32,000 nucleotides of DNA. Source: Methanosphaera stadtmanae DSM 3091 (lineage in GTDB: Archaea; Methanobacteriota; Methanobacteria; Methanobacteriales; Methanobacteriaceae). The translations under genes and the position numbers were made by a program. The DNA is taken from assembly GCF_000012545.1 (NCBI RefSeq), contig NC_007681.1, forward strand, positions 750,001-782,000. Direction: 5' to 3'. Shown one piece after another: positions 1 to 9,353 of this stretch. Within the stretch, counting starts at the first letter, position 1. Each line of letters begins with the position of its first letter. The notes beneath the pieces were generated by a model. That model worked only from the letters and a program-made list of their open reading frames with translations. It had not been told where the DNA came from and made no database searches.

Positions 1-556
1 ACAAATGATTCAACATTGGGTAAGAGAATCATTTGAAAATATTTTAAAACAAGATGCAGAATCATTAGGTTTAAATGTATTATATGATGTAGCACATAAC
101 ATAATTAAAAAAGAACAACATAAAATTGGTAAAATTAATAGAAATATGTATGTACATCGTAAAGGAGCAACACGTGCATTTGGTCCTGGAAGAAAAGAAA
201 TTCCACAAGAATATAGAAGTGTAGGTCAACCTGTACTCATACCAGGTACTATGGGAACTTCATCCTATATATTAGCTGGAACTGAAACTGCAATGGATGA
301 AACATTTGGGTCTACAGCACACGGAGCTGGAAGAGTACTTAGTAGGTCTGGTGCAAAACGTGAATTTACTCCAGAAGAAATATCAAAAGATTTAGCAGAT
401 AAAGGAATTATTCTTAAAGCAAATTCACAACCAGTTATTGCTGAAGAAGCACCTAATGCATATAAAGATGTTGATTCAGTTGTAAAAACTGCTGATAAAA
501 CAGGTATAAGTAAACTTGTTGCTCAAATGAAACCATTAGGTGTAATTAAGGGGTAA
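1..556 (+). CDS. rtcB: RNA-splicing ligase RtcB, C-terminal part (gene continues upstream of the window)
   Basis: The frame is open back to position 2. Translation carries RtcB C-terminal signatures ([43 protein letters not shown]). Confidence 0.9.
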   Translation, partial: QMIQHWVRESFENILKQDAESLGLNVLYDVAHNIIKKEQHKIGKINRNMYVHRKGATRAFGPGRKEIPQEYRSVGQPVLIPGTMGTSSYILAGTETAMDETFGSTAHGAGRVLSRSGAKREFTPEEISKDLADKGIILKANSQPVIAEEAPNAYKDVDSVVKTADKTGISKLVAQMKPLGVIKG

Positions 557-561
557 ACTTA

Positions 562-1323
562 ATGATTGGTATTATTGGTGGAACAGGAACAAAAGCATTA
601 CTTGAAACATACTCTATTGTAGATAAAAAAGATGTTAAGACAGAGTATGGACAGGCTCCACAAATCACTATATTGGATATTAATAATAAAGAAGTAGCAT
701 ATATTCCAAGACATAGTCAAGGACATAGTGTACCTCCACATAAAATTAATTATAGAGCAAATATTGAAGCATTAAAAACAATTGGTGTAAATCAAGTTTA
801 TGCAACTAACTCTGTGGGTTCTTTAGATACAAATATAGAACCTGGAAGTATATTAATACCAGATAACTTCATAGATTTTACACATAATCGTGTTTCAACA
901 TTCTTTGATAATGAAGTTGTACATATTGATTGTACAAATCCTTACTGTGAAACACTTAGAACTAATTTAATAACTGGTAATGATGTACATCCCTATGGAA
1001 TATACATTGCTACAGAAGGTCCACGATTTGAAACTGGTGCTGAAATACAGTTTTATAAGTTAATAGGTGGAAAAGTTGTGGGTATGACAGGAGTTCCAGA
1101 AGTTGTTCTTGCAAAGGAAAAACAGATGTGTTATAGTAGTATTTGTGCAGTAACAAATTATGCGGCAGCTATATCACCAAATAAACTAACAATTACAGAA
1201 GTTATTGATGCTATGAAGGATTGTGAAGAAAAATTAATTAAACTTATTACAAAAACCATTAAAAACACTGTTGTTAGTAGAGATTGTGGATGTCAGCATA
1301 TATTAGATGATGCAATTATTTAA
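562..1323 (+). CDS. mtnP: 5'-methylthioadenosine / purine nucleoside phosphorylase family (MTAP-like)
   Basis: N-terminal IGIIGGTG, RHSQGHSVPPHKINYRANI, EGPRFET and GMTGVPE motifs are typical of MTAP/PNP family 2. An AAGGGG SD lies upstream. Confidence 0.85.
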   Translation: MIGIIGGTGTKALLETYSIVDKKDVKTEYGQAPQITILDINNKEVAYIPRHSQGHSVPPHKINYRANIEALKTIGVNQVYATNSVGSLDTNIEPGSILIPDNFIDFTHNRVSTFFDNEVVHIDCTNPYCETLRTNLITGNDVHPYGIYIATEGPRFETGAEIQFYKLIGGKVVGMTGVPEVVLAKEKQMCYSSICAVTNYAAAISPNKLTITEVIDAMKDCEEKLIKLITKTIKNTVVSRDCGCQHILDDAII

Positions 1324-1386
1324 ATAATATTAAATATAACAAGAGTTATATTTTAAATAAAGAGTATAATAATAAGGGGTTTATAT

Positions 1387-2301
1387 ATGACTAATGAGAT
1401 TATAAGAGAAATTGAAGAATTAAAAAAAGAAAAAAATGCCATAATTCTTGCTCATAATTATCAACCAAAAGAAATACAAGAAATAGCTGACTTTGTAGGG
1501 GATTCACTAGAATTATGTATAAAAGCAAATAATGTGGATGAAGCAGATATTATAGTATTTTGTGGTGTTAATTTCATGGCAGAAACTGCTTCTATTATTA
1601 GTCCAGATAAAAAGGTATTATTACCAGATAATAGAGCTAATTGTCAAATGGCAGACATGGTTTCACTTGATGAATTGAAAAAAGCAAAAGCTGAACATCC
1701 AGATTGTGAAGTAGTATTGTATGTAAATAGTAGAGCAGAAACTAAAAGTGAAGCTGACATAGTATGTACTTCTGCAAATGCTGGTAAAATAGTTTCTAGT
1801 TTAAAATCTGATAATTTTATATTTGCACCAGACCATAATTTAGGTATCTACTCAGCAAAACAATCAGGTAAAAATCCAATAATAGTTCCTGAAGATGGAC
1901 ATTGTTATGTACATACAATGTTTAAACCAGAAGATATTAAAAAAGCACGAGAAGATTATCCAAATGCTAAAATAGTGGTTCATCCAGAATGTAACGATGA
2001 TGTAAGACAATTAGCAGATTATGTTGAAAGTACTGGTGGAATGGTTAGACTTGCAAAAGATCCAGAAATTAAACAATTGGTTGTTGGAACTGAAATAGAT
2101 CTTACTACACGACTTACAAGAGAAAATCCTGGAAAGGAATTTATTCCCCTCAGACGTGATGCTTTCTGTTTAACAATGAAGATTATTACTCTTGAAAAAG
2201 TACTTGAAGCACTTAAAGAAGAAAAATATGAAGTTGTTGTTGATAAAGAAATTGCTGCTAAGGCACGTGTTGGAATACAAAAAATGTTAGATTTATCATA
2301 A
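1387..2301 (+). CDS. nadA: Quinolinate synthase
   Basis: ILAHNYQ, DFVGDSLEL, FCGVNFMAET, VHPEC and three-fold repeat architecture are typical of NadA. An AAGGGG SD lies 8 nt upstream. Confidence 0.94.
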   Translation: MTNEIIREIEELKKEKNAIILAHNYQPKEIQEIADFVGDSLELCIKANNVDEADIIVFCGVNFMAETASIISPDKKVLLPDNRANCQMADMVSLDELKKAKAEHPDCEVVLYVNSRAETKSEADIVCTSANAGKIVSSLKSDNFIFAPDHNLGIYSAKQSGKNPIIVPEDGHCYVHTMFKPEDIKKAREDYPNAKIVVHPECNDDVRQLADYVESTGGMVRLAKDPEIKQLVVGTEIDLTTRLTRENPGKEFIPLRRDAFCLTMKIITLEKVLEALKEEKYEVVVDKEIAAKARVGIQKMLDLS

Positions 2302-2397
2302 ATAAATCTTTTTTAACTATTTTTTTATAATCCCCTATTATTTTGTAACATAACTTTTAAATATTTTCTAGTAATATAATTTAAATATAAATTTCTA

Positions 2398-3462
2398 ATG
2401 GAGAGGAGTATTATAGATAAATTATTTAAAATTGATAAAACAATTATTGTAGGTTTAGGTCTTATTATTCTTGGATTTATCATACTAGTAACAGATTTTA
2501 TAGACTCATTTGTTACTAATCTACTATGGCCTCTTCTAGAAGGATCATCAGAAGGAAAAACAGTACTATTTCTTGGTATGTTAGGATTAATACTTATTAT
2601 CTCATCACTTATTAATCAAAATAATAGTATTAAGCATAGATTATATCCAGATAATGATTATCATTTAAAATATATTCTATTTGTTGTTGTAATTCTTCTA
2701 TGTTGTGCTGTTTTGGGATTGATTATTGAATTTTATATTAGATATAAACTTGGAATATCCTTTTTTACAATATTAACATCACTTGATCCTAGTACAAGTA
2801 CTACAAGTCCAATGCATTCACATGCCTATAAATCAATACTAGGATATTTATCAAAAAGTTTTGTACCTGCACATGTAAATACAAGCTCATCAATACTTAA
2901 ATTTGTATTTCCATATGCATTGATAGTAGTTCCTATTTGGATTGTATCATTCATATGTGGTGTAATTGGATTGTCTGATATGAAACCATTACATAAAGCA
3001 ATTACAACCATAGCTCTAACACTTGCATTAATAGGTATACTAGATGGAGGTATGTTTTCTCAGCCATTTCTTATTGGTATAGGATTTTTATTGTTAATGT
3101 ATTTTTCTAATGGAAAAATTGGTATAAAGTACTTTATTAAACCTGTTGTAATAATGGGTTATATATTACTTGTTGGAATGATTATAGAAGTTGGTGGTAG
3201 TGATATGTCATATCATACACTTAGTGTTATAAATCAAACAGAACCTGTTGACATGTCACAGTACAATGTTACAAATATTGAAGTACATGGGGATGTTACA
3301 ACATATACACTAGCTACAAAAACAGATGATAAACAATTAATTCGACAGATATTTGCCTCATTTAAGGGAAAGGCTGATGTAACATTTATGAGTTGGAATT
3401 TCTATTCTTATTTAGATAATCCTACAATGAGACAAAGACAAGCTGCAAAAAACATATCCTAA
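2398..3462 (+). CDS. Polytopic membrane protein of unknown function with a C-terminal soluble domain of about 90 aa
   Basis: Long ORF with multiple hydrophobic helices and a hydrophilic C-terminus. No family recognised. Confidence 0.6.
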   Translation: MERSIIDKLFKIDKTIIVGLGLIILGFIILVTDFIDSFVTNLLWPLLEGSSEGKTVLFLGMLGLILIISSLINQNNSIKHRLYPDNDYHLKYILFVVVILLCCAVLGLIIEFYIRYKLGISFFTILTSLDPSTSTTSPMHSHAYKSILGYLSKSFVPAHVNTSSSILKFVFPYALIVVPIWIVSFICGVIGLSDMKPLHKAITTIALTLALIGILDGGMFSQPFLIGIGFLLLMYFSNGKIGIKYFIKPVVIMGYILLVGMIIEVGGSDMSYHTLSVINQTEPVDMSQYNVTNIEVHGDVTTYTLATKTDDKQLIRQIFASFKGKADVTFMSWNFYSYLDNPTMRQRQAAKNIS

Positions 3463-3752
3463 TTTTTTATTTTTTTTTTAGATTTTTATTTTATTAAACA
3501 TCATATAAAATAGAATTTAGTAAGGTTTTAAATATATTTTCTTATTTTTTTTATCTATAACTTTTTTTTTGAATATTTCTAATTAATATATGTCTTATAA
3601 AAAATATAAATTAGAAATGTTATTTTTTTTGATACATTTTTTTTTCATTAAATAATCATAATTATAATATTATATAACATACAAAAATAATATTACATTT
3701 TTTTAAATTTAATGATTTTTTTATAAAAATTCTATAATAAAATTGTGATTTC

Positions 3753-5525
3753 ATGAAGATTAGTATTATCATACCCACATATAATGAAGAGGAATTTCTT
3801 CCTGATTTATTAAAAAGTATTAAAAGACAAGATTTTAAGGATTTAGAAGTTATTATAGCTGATGCTAATTCCACAGATAAAACAGTTGAAATTGCTAAAT
3901 CATACATGTGTAAAGTTGTACCTGGTGGTCTTCCAGCTGTTGGACGTAATAATGGTGCAAAAGTAGCTAAGGGTGAAATATTATTATTTTTAGATGCTGA
4001 TTCAGTATTAACTAATAATTATATAACATCTACTATTGAAGAATTTGAATTACATAATTTAGGTATTGCTATTACTCAAATTGTTCCATTGGAGAAGGGT
4101 TTTATCAATGAAATATCTCATGAAATAGCTAACTATCTAACCAAACAAATATCTCATATAAAACCACATGGTGCTGGTTGTTATGGTATGATTACATATA
4201 AATCATTACATGAGAAAGTCAATGGTTTTGATGAATCATTAGATTTTGGTGAAGATACAGATTATATTGAAAGAATTGCTAAAATAAGTCGTTTTAAAGT
4301 TCTTGAAAATCCACGTTTACTAATTTCTACTAGAAGATTAGAAGAGGAAGGATTAAAGGAAATTACATTAAAGTATGCAAAAAGTACTGCTAAACAATTG
4401 GTTGGTCAAAAAGTGACATTAGAGGAGTTAGGTTATAGTTTTGGACATGGTAGTTCAAAGAAAAATAGAATTCTTTACTCATTATGTGGTGAAGGATTAG
4501 GTCATGCAATTCGTAGTGGGGTAGTTATTGAATATTTAATTAATGAAGGTTATGATTTAATTGTATTTGCAAGTGATAGGGCTTATGATTATTTAAATTC
4601 TAAATTTGATAATATATATTATATTGGTGGATTCAATACTGTTTATGAAAATAACTCTGTTCGTAATAGAAAAACATTTGTATATAATATGAAGGATGTG
4701 CCTAGTGATTTAAAAAATAATATGACTAAAATGTTTAATTTAGCTCATAAATTTAAGCCTGATGTTATAGTATCTGATTTTGAATTCTATTCAAATTTAT
4801 TATCACATATACTTCGTATACCCTTAATTAGTATTGATAATATGCATGTATTAACAGAGGCCAAGTATTCAACACCAAATAAATATGCAAAGGACAGATT
4901 ATTTAGTGAATCAGTGGTTCATGCTTTTATTCAAAATGCTAAGAAAACATTAATATATTCATATTTCTTCCCACCACTTAAAAATACAGAAAACACAAGA
5001 TATGTTTATCCAATACTCAGGGATAAAATATATCAACTTAAGCCTACAGATGGAGATTATATACTAGTATATCAGACAAGTACATCAAACAATGAATTAA
5101 TAGAACTATTAAAGAAAAATCCACAACAAAACTTCATTGTATATGGCTTTCATGTGGATAAAAAAGAGGATAATGTATTATTTAGATCATTTAGTGAAGA
5201 TTTATTATATAAGGATTTTAAAGATGCAAAATGTGTAATAACAAATGGTGGATTTTCATTTATTACAGAAGCACTTCAATTAGGAAAACCAATACTAAGT
5301 ATACCTGTAAAGAAACAATTTGAACAAATACTAAATGCAATTTATCTGGATAAATTAGGTTATGGAGAACATCATAGTAAGATTAACCAGGCAATTCTAG
5401 ATAATTTCATAGAAAAAATACCTGTATATAAGAAAAATATTTCTGAAAAATATGTAAAACCTAAAAATAACAATGAAACATTGAATATACTAAAGGAAAC
5501 TATTGAAGAAGTAATAAATAACTAA
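3753..5525 (+). CDS. Two-domain glycosyltransferase: N-terminal GT2 (GT-A fold) fused to a C-terminal MurG/GT28-like GT-B domain
   Basis: The N-terminus has IIIPTYNEEEFL and a DAD (DXD) motif. From about aa 240, LCGEGLGHAIRS and the C-terminal ITNGGFSFITEALQLGKPILSIPV...EQ..NA are typical of GT-B MurG-like transferases. GTGAT SD lies 3 nt before the ATG. Confidence 0.8.
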   Translation: MKISIIIPTYNEEEFLPDLLKSIKRQDFKDLEVIIADANSTDKTVEIAKSYMCKVVPGGLPAVGRNNGAKVAKGEILLFLDADSVLTNNYITSTIEEFELHNLGIAITQIVPLEKGFINEISHEIANYLTKQISHIKPHGAGCYGMITYKSLHEKVNGFDESLDFGEDTDYIERIAKISRFKVLENPRLLISTRRLEEEGLKEITLKYAKSTAKQLVGQKVTLEELGYSFGHGSSKKNRILYSLCGEGLGHAIRSGVVIEYLINEGYDLIVFASDRAYDYLNSKFDNIYYIGGFNTVYENNSVRNRKTFVYNMKDVPSDLKNNMTKMFNLAHKFKPDVIVSDFEFYSNLLSHILRIPLISIDNMHVLTEAKYSTPNKYAKDRLFSESVVHAFIQNAKKTLIYSYFFPPLKNTENTRYVYPILRDKIYQLKPTDGDYILVYQTSTSNNELIELLKKNPQQNFIVYGFHVDKKEDNVLFRSFSEDLLYKDFKDAKCVITNGGFSFITEALQLGKPILSIPVKKQFEQILNAIYLDKLGYGEHHSKINQAILDNFIEKIPVYKKNISEKYVKPKNNNETLNILKETIEEVINN

Positions 5526-5552
5526 AATCCTTTTCTATTTTTTTTTGATAAT

Positions 5553-6425
5553 ATGAATTATATAACTGCTAAAACTATTCTTACACCAGTAAATTACTCC
5601 TCAAAATGGTTTGGAATAGATTATACAATGAATTTATATAGAGGTTGTAATCATGGTTGTATATATTGTGATAGTAGAAGAAATATCTACAATATAACTG
5701 ATTTTGACACGGTACAAATTAAAAAAGATGCTATATCTATTTTAAGAAATGAATTACGACATAATAAAAAGGGTATTATTGGAAATGGGGCTATGAGTGA
5801 TCCATACAATATTTTAGATGAAAAATATGAATTAACAAGAAAATCATTAGAATTAATAGAAAAATACAATTATGGGATATTTATTACAACAAAAAACAAC
5901 TTAATTATAAGAGATATGGATGTACTAAAAAGAATTAAGAATAAACTCATTAGTATAACAATCACAACACCTAATGATAAATTAGCATCTATTATTGAAC
6001 CGAATGTTTCTGTTTCATCAAAGAGATTTAAGGCAATGAAAAAACTTAATGAAAATAATATTCCCTGTGGAATCATGTTACTACCAGTACTTCCATTTAT
6101 AACAGATAAAACAAATGATATTAAAAAACTCATAAAACTAGCATATAAAAATCATGCAAGATTTATATATCCATCGAGTATGGGTATGACTCTATCTGAA
6201 AATCAGCGTACATACTTCTATAAAAAATTAGATGAATCATTTCCAAATCTCAAGGAAAAATATAGAAAAATATATAATGATAACTACACATGCACAACTA
6301 GAAATTATGAGTTGTATGATGTGTTTAAACAAAAATGTGATGATTATGGTATATTATATAAAATGAGTGATATAATTAAGATTTATAGAAAGGATACAGA
6401 TAAGCAATCCACATTATTTAAATAG
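5553..6425 (+). CDS. Radical SAM protein, SplB/COG1533-like (DNA-photolyase-like radical SAM family)
   Basis: YRGCNHGCIYCDSR contains the CxxxCxxC radical SAM cluster motif near the N-terminus, in the context typical of the SplB-like family. Confidence 0.78.
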   Translation: MNYITAKTILTPVNYSSKWFGIDYTMNLYRGCNHGCIYCDSRRNIYNITDFDTVQIKKDAISILRNELRHNKKGIIGNGAMSDPYNILDEKYELTRKSLELIEKYNYGIFITTKNNLIIRDMDVLKRIKNKLISITITTPNDKLASIIEPNVSVSSKRFKAMKKLNENNIPCGIMLLPVLPFITDKTNDIKKLIKLAYKNHARFIYPSSMGMTLSENQRTYFYKKLDESFPNLKEKYRKIYNDNYTCTTRNYELYDVFKQKCDDYGILYKMSDIIKIYRKDTDKQSTLFK

Positions 6426-6444
6426 AAAATATAGGGAAAAATAA

Positions 6445-7296
6445 TTATCCCTGTAAATGTTTAAGTAATGGTTTTTCAAATGATTCATATGATGGTGTTT
6501 TTCCAGTAAATATTTCAAATGCCTTAATTCCCTGATTTATTAACATGTGTGTTCCAGGAATTGTTGTTGCTCCCTGTTTTTTTGATTGTTTTAGTAGTTG
6601 TGTCTCTAATGGATTGTATATAATATCCATAACAGTATGTTTAGATGAAATTTTATCAGTTTTAATGGGAGGTGCAACTTCATCTTTAGGATACATTCCA
6701 ATAGGAGTTGTATTGATTATAATATCAACATCATCAATCACATTATCAGTTTTTTTAATATTAATAAAATCTATATTTTCAAAGTTCGTCTGATTTTTAA
6801 GATTAGTAATTAATTTTTGAGCATTATCTTTACTTCTATTTGCAACTATCAATTGATTTATATTTTTATTTAATAATGTGAATGTTATAGCCTTTGAAGC
6901 TCCACCTGCACCAATTATCATTATGTTTTTGTCTTTTAATGAAGTGTATTTTTCAATTGATACTATAGCTCCAATACCATCAGTATTATATCCCTTTGCA
7001 ATTCCATCTTTAAAATTTATAGTATTTACTGCACCAATTTTTTCTGCAGTTTCATCTATTTCATCAAGATATGGGATAATGGTAGTTTTATGTGGTATTG
7101 TCACATTTAAACCTTTAATATTCAAGGTTTTTGCTGATGTTATTACATGTTTTAGATTTTCAACTTCTACATGGAATGGAACATATTTATAATCCATATT
7201 CATTAATTTATATGCATTGTTATGCATTGGTGGTGAAAAGCTATGTTCTATAGGATGTCCTATAACTCCTGTTATTAATGTTTTTCCTGTTATCAT
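6445..7296 (-). CDS. aroE: Shikimate 5-dehydrogenase
   Basis: GVIGHPIEHSFSPPMHN, NVTIPHK, NTDGIG and GAGGASKA motifs. Confidence 0.93.
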   Translation of the reverse strand: MITGKTLITGVIGHPIEHSFSPPMHNNAYKLMNMDYKYVPFHVEVENLKHVITSAKTLNIKGLNVTIPHKTTIIPYLDEIDETAEKIGAVNTINFKDGIAKGYNTDGIGAIVSIEKYTSLKDKNIMIIGAGGASKAITFTLLNKNINQLIVANRSKDNAQKLITNLKNQTNFENIDFINIKKTDNVIDDVDIIINTTPIGMYPKDEVAPPIKTDKISSKHTVMDIIYNPLETQLLKQSKKQGATTIPGTHMLINQGIKAFEIFTGKTPSYESFEKPLLKHLQG

Positions 7297-7662
7297 ACAA
7301 TTACCTTTTAAAGTTTTTATCTTAAATTTTAAAAAATTCTTTATATAATAAAATATATATCTTTTAAATAATTTGTAGATAATTATAAATCCCTACTTAA
7401 ATATTCATCTATATGTTGTTGTAATTATTTAAATAGGTGTTTAATTATTATATAGATTGTTTTTTAAGGATATGGATTAATTATTTTAAAATCATACACT
7501 ATGATTTTTAGTAATTAGTTAATATCATGTTAAATTGTTTTATTTATTCTAATTTATTTATCCATAAATAAAGAGTTATGTGTATGTATTCTAGTATAAT
7601 TTAAAATAATTTAAAGGGACAAGTATGTACTTGTATAATTTAATAAAAGGAGTATAATAGTC

Positions 7663-8943
7663 ATGGAATTTAATAAACCAAGAGGAACACGTGATTTTCT
7701 TTTTGAGGATATGGAAGAGCGAAATTATGTTGAAAATACTATAAGAAATGTTGTTGAAAATTATGGATTTAAGGAAATAAAAACACCAATATTTGAAGAT
7801 TTAGAATTATTCACAACAAAATCTGGTGAAGGAATAAAAGAGGAAATATATCATTTTCAAGATAAAGGTGGAAGAGATTTAGCTTTAAGACCAGAACTTA
7901 CAGCAAGTGTAAGTAGATTATATAATAACAATCTTCAAAAATCTGCAAAACCACTGAAAATGTATTATTTTGGCAGTTGTTTTAGATATGAAAGACCACA
8001 AGCAGGTAGATTTAGGGAATTTTGGCAGTTTGGTATAGAAGTTATTGGTGGAGTACCAATTTATAATGAAGCTGAAATTATAGCAATGGCTAATGAGGCA
8101 TTAACTCAGGTTGGAATTAAAAATTATGAGATTAACATTGGACATCTTGGTATTATTAAAGGTGTTTTAAATCAATTAAATATTTCATCACAACAACAAA
8201 CTGCCATAATTGCAAGTATAGATAAGGAAGACTATGAATTACTTGATAAATTATTAGAAGATAACGATATTTCAAGTGAATATAAAAATATAATTACAAG
8301 TATTATTAATATAAAAGGTAGTCGTAGTGATTTAGAAACATTAAAACAATTACTTGAAGATATACCTGAGAGTTTTGAAGCTTTAGAAAATCTTGATAAA
8401 ACATTAGAGGTTCTTGAAGTATTTGGTTTTGATGATTATGTTGTTAATTTATCAATAGCAAGGGGACTTGATTATTATACTGGTATTGTATTTGAAATAT
8501 ATGTACCAGATTTAGGTGCTGAGAAACAAATTACAGGTGGAGGAACATACAACCTCACAGCATTATTTGACTCAGAAAAAGTGGAATCTACAGGTTTTGC
8601 ATTTGGTTTTGATAGAATAATGGAAGCATACCATAGACAAAACATACAAGTACCTATAAGTTCTAAACCAAAAGTACTTGTTATTCCTGTGAAAAAAGAA
8701 TTTAAATTAAATGCTATAGAAGTAGCACAACAATTACGAGCCCATAATATTGTTACAGATATAGATCTTAAGGGTAAAAAACTTAAAAAGAACCTATCCT
8801 ATGCTAATAATCATAACTTCAATAAAGTTATAATGATAGGTCAACAAGAAGTTGAAGATGAAACAGTAACAATTAAGGATATGGATTCTGGATGTCAGGA
8901 AACAATACCACAAAATACTGTTGTATCTGAATTACTAAAATAG
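7663..8943 (+). CDS. hisS: Histidyl-tRNA synthetase
   Basis: PRGTRDF, class II motifs (LRPELT, CFRYERPQAGRFREFWQ, GGGTYN/GFAFGFDR) and a C-terminal anticodon-binding domain. AAAGGAG SD upstream. Confidence 0.95.
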   Translation: MEFNKPRGTRDFLFEDMEERNYVENTIRNVVENYGFKEIKTPIFEDLELFTTKSGEGIKEEIYHFQDKGGRDLALRPELTASVSRLYNNNLQKSAKPLKMYYFGSCFRYERPQAGRFREFWQFGIEVIGGVPIYNEAEIIAMANEALTQVGIKNYEINIGHLGIIKGVLNQLNISSQQQTAIIASIDKEDYELLDKLLEDNDISSEYKNIITSIINIKGSRSDLETLKQLLEDIPESFEALENLDKTLEVLEVFGFDDYVVNLSIARGLDYYTGIVFEIYVPDLGAEKQITGGGTYNLTALFDSEKVESTGFAFGFDRIMEAYHRQNIQVPISSKPKVLVIPVKKEFKLNAIEVAQQLRAHNIVTDIDLKGKKLKKNLSYANNHNFNKVIMIGQQEVEDETVTIKDMDSGCQETIPQNTVVSELLK

Positions 8944-8951
8944 GGATAAAC

Positions 8952-9341
8952 ATGATAAAACCAAACTTTAGACATATTATAAATGGTAAAAGATTAGCAA
9001 CTGCCATAGCCCAAGATTATAAAACAGGTGAAATATTAATGGTTGCATTTATAGATGAAGAAGCTTTTAATAAAACCATACAAACAAGAAAAGCTCACTA
9101 CTATAGTACAAGTAGAAATATGATTTGGTATAAGGGAGAAGAATCAGGACATATTCAAGAGATAAAAGAGGTTCTTCTAGATTGTGATGAAGATGCAATA
9201 ATATTTAAAGTAAAACAAGTAGGTGGAGCATGTCATACAGGACATTATTCTTGTTTTTATAAGAAATTATCAGATGATGGAGAAGTTGTGACTGAATATG
9301 AAGATAAGGTATTTGACCCTGAAGATGTATATGAAAAATAA
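8952..9341 (+). CDS. hisI: Phosphoribosyl-AMP cyclohydrolase
   Basis: The strings MVAF..EEA, SRNMIWYKGEESGH, DCDEDAI and GGACHTGHYSCF are typical of HisI. Confidence 0.93.
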   Translation: MIKPNFRHIINGKRLATAIAQDYKTGEILMVAFIDEEAFNKTIQTRKAHYYSTSRNMIWYKGEESGHIQEIKEVLLDCDEDAIIFKVKQVGGACHTGHYSCFYKKLSDDGEVVTEYEDKVFDPEDVYEK

Positions 9342-9353
9342 GGAGATGTTTTA

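Noticed and set aside
2826-3011. Short antisense or overlapping ORFs from the six-frame track. They are 2826-3011(-), 3662-3907(-), 5687-5869(-), 5870-6133(-), 6545-6793(+), 6878-7192(+) and 12302-12505(-). They also include 13372-13626(-), 16522-16896(-), 17674-17892(-), 22321-22629(+), 25597-25803(-), 26207-26692(+) and 28600-28788(+).
   Set aside because: Each lies entirely or mostly inside a longer ORF on the opposite strand or in another frame that has clear family signatures. Their translations are low-complexity (I/L/F/S-rich), with no SD or recognisable motif. They are typical shadow ORFs of AT-rich DNA.
3739-3749. Third copy of AAAATTGTGAT (box 2 of the A1/A2 repeat) just upstream of the glycosyltransferase start
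   Set aside because: Here GTGAT sits 3 nt before the ATG and is best explained as the Shine-Dalgarno element (complementary to the 16S 3' end). None of the other repeat boxes accompany it.
7619-7634. 16-bp palindrome ACAAGTAtgTACTTGT about 30 bp upstream of hisS
   Set aside because: A 7-bp-arm palindrome is expected by chance a few times in several kb of ~70% AT intergenic DNA. There is no second copy or known motif to support function.
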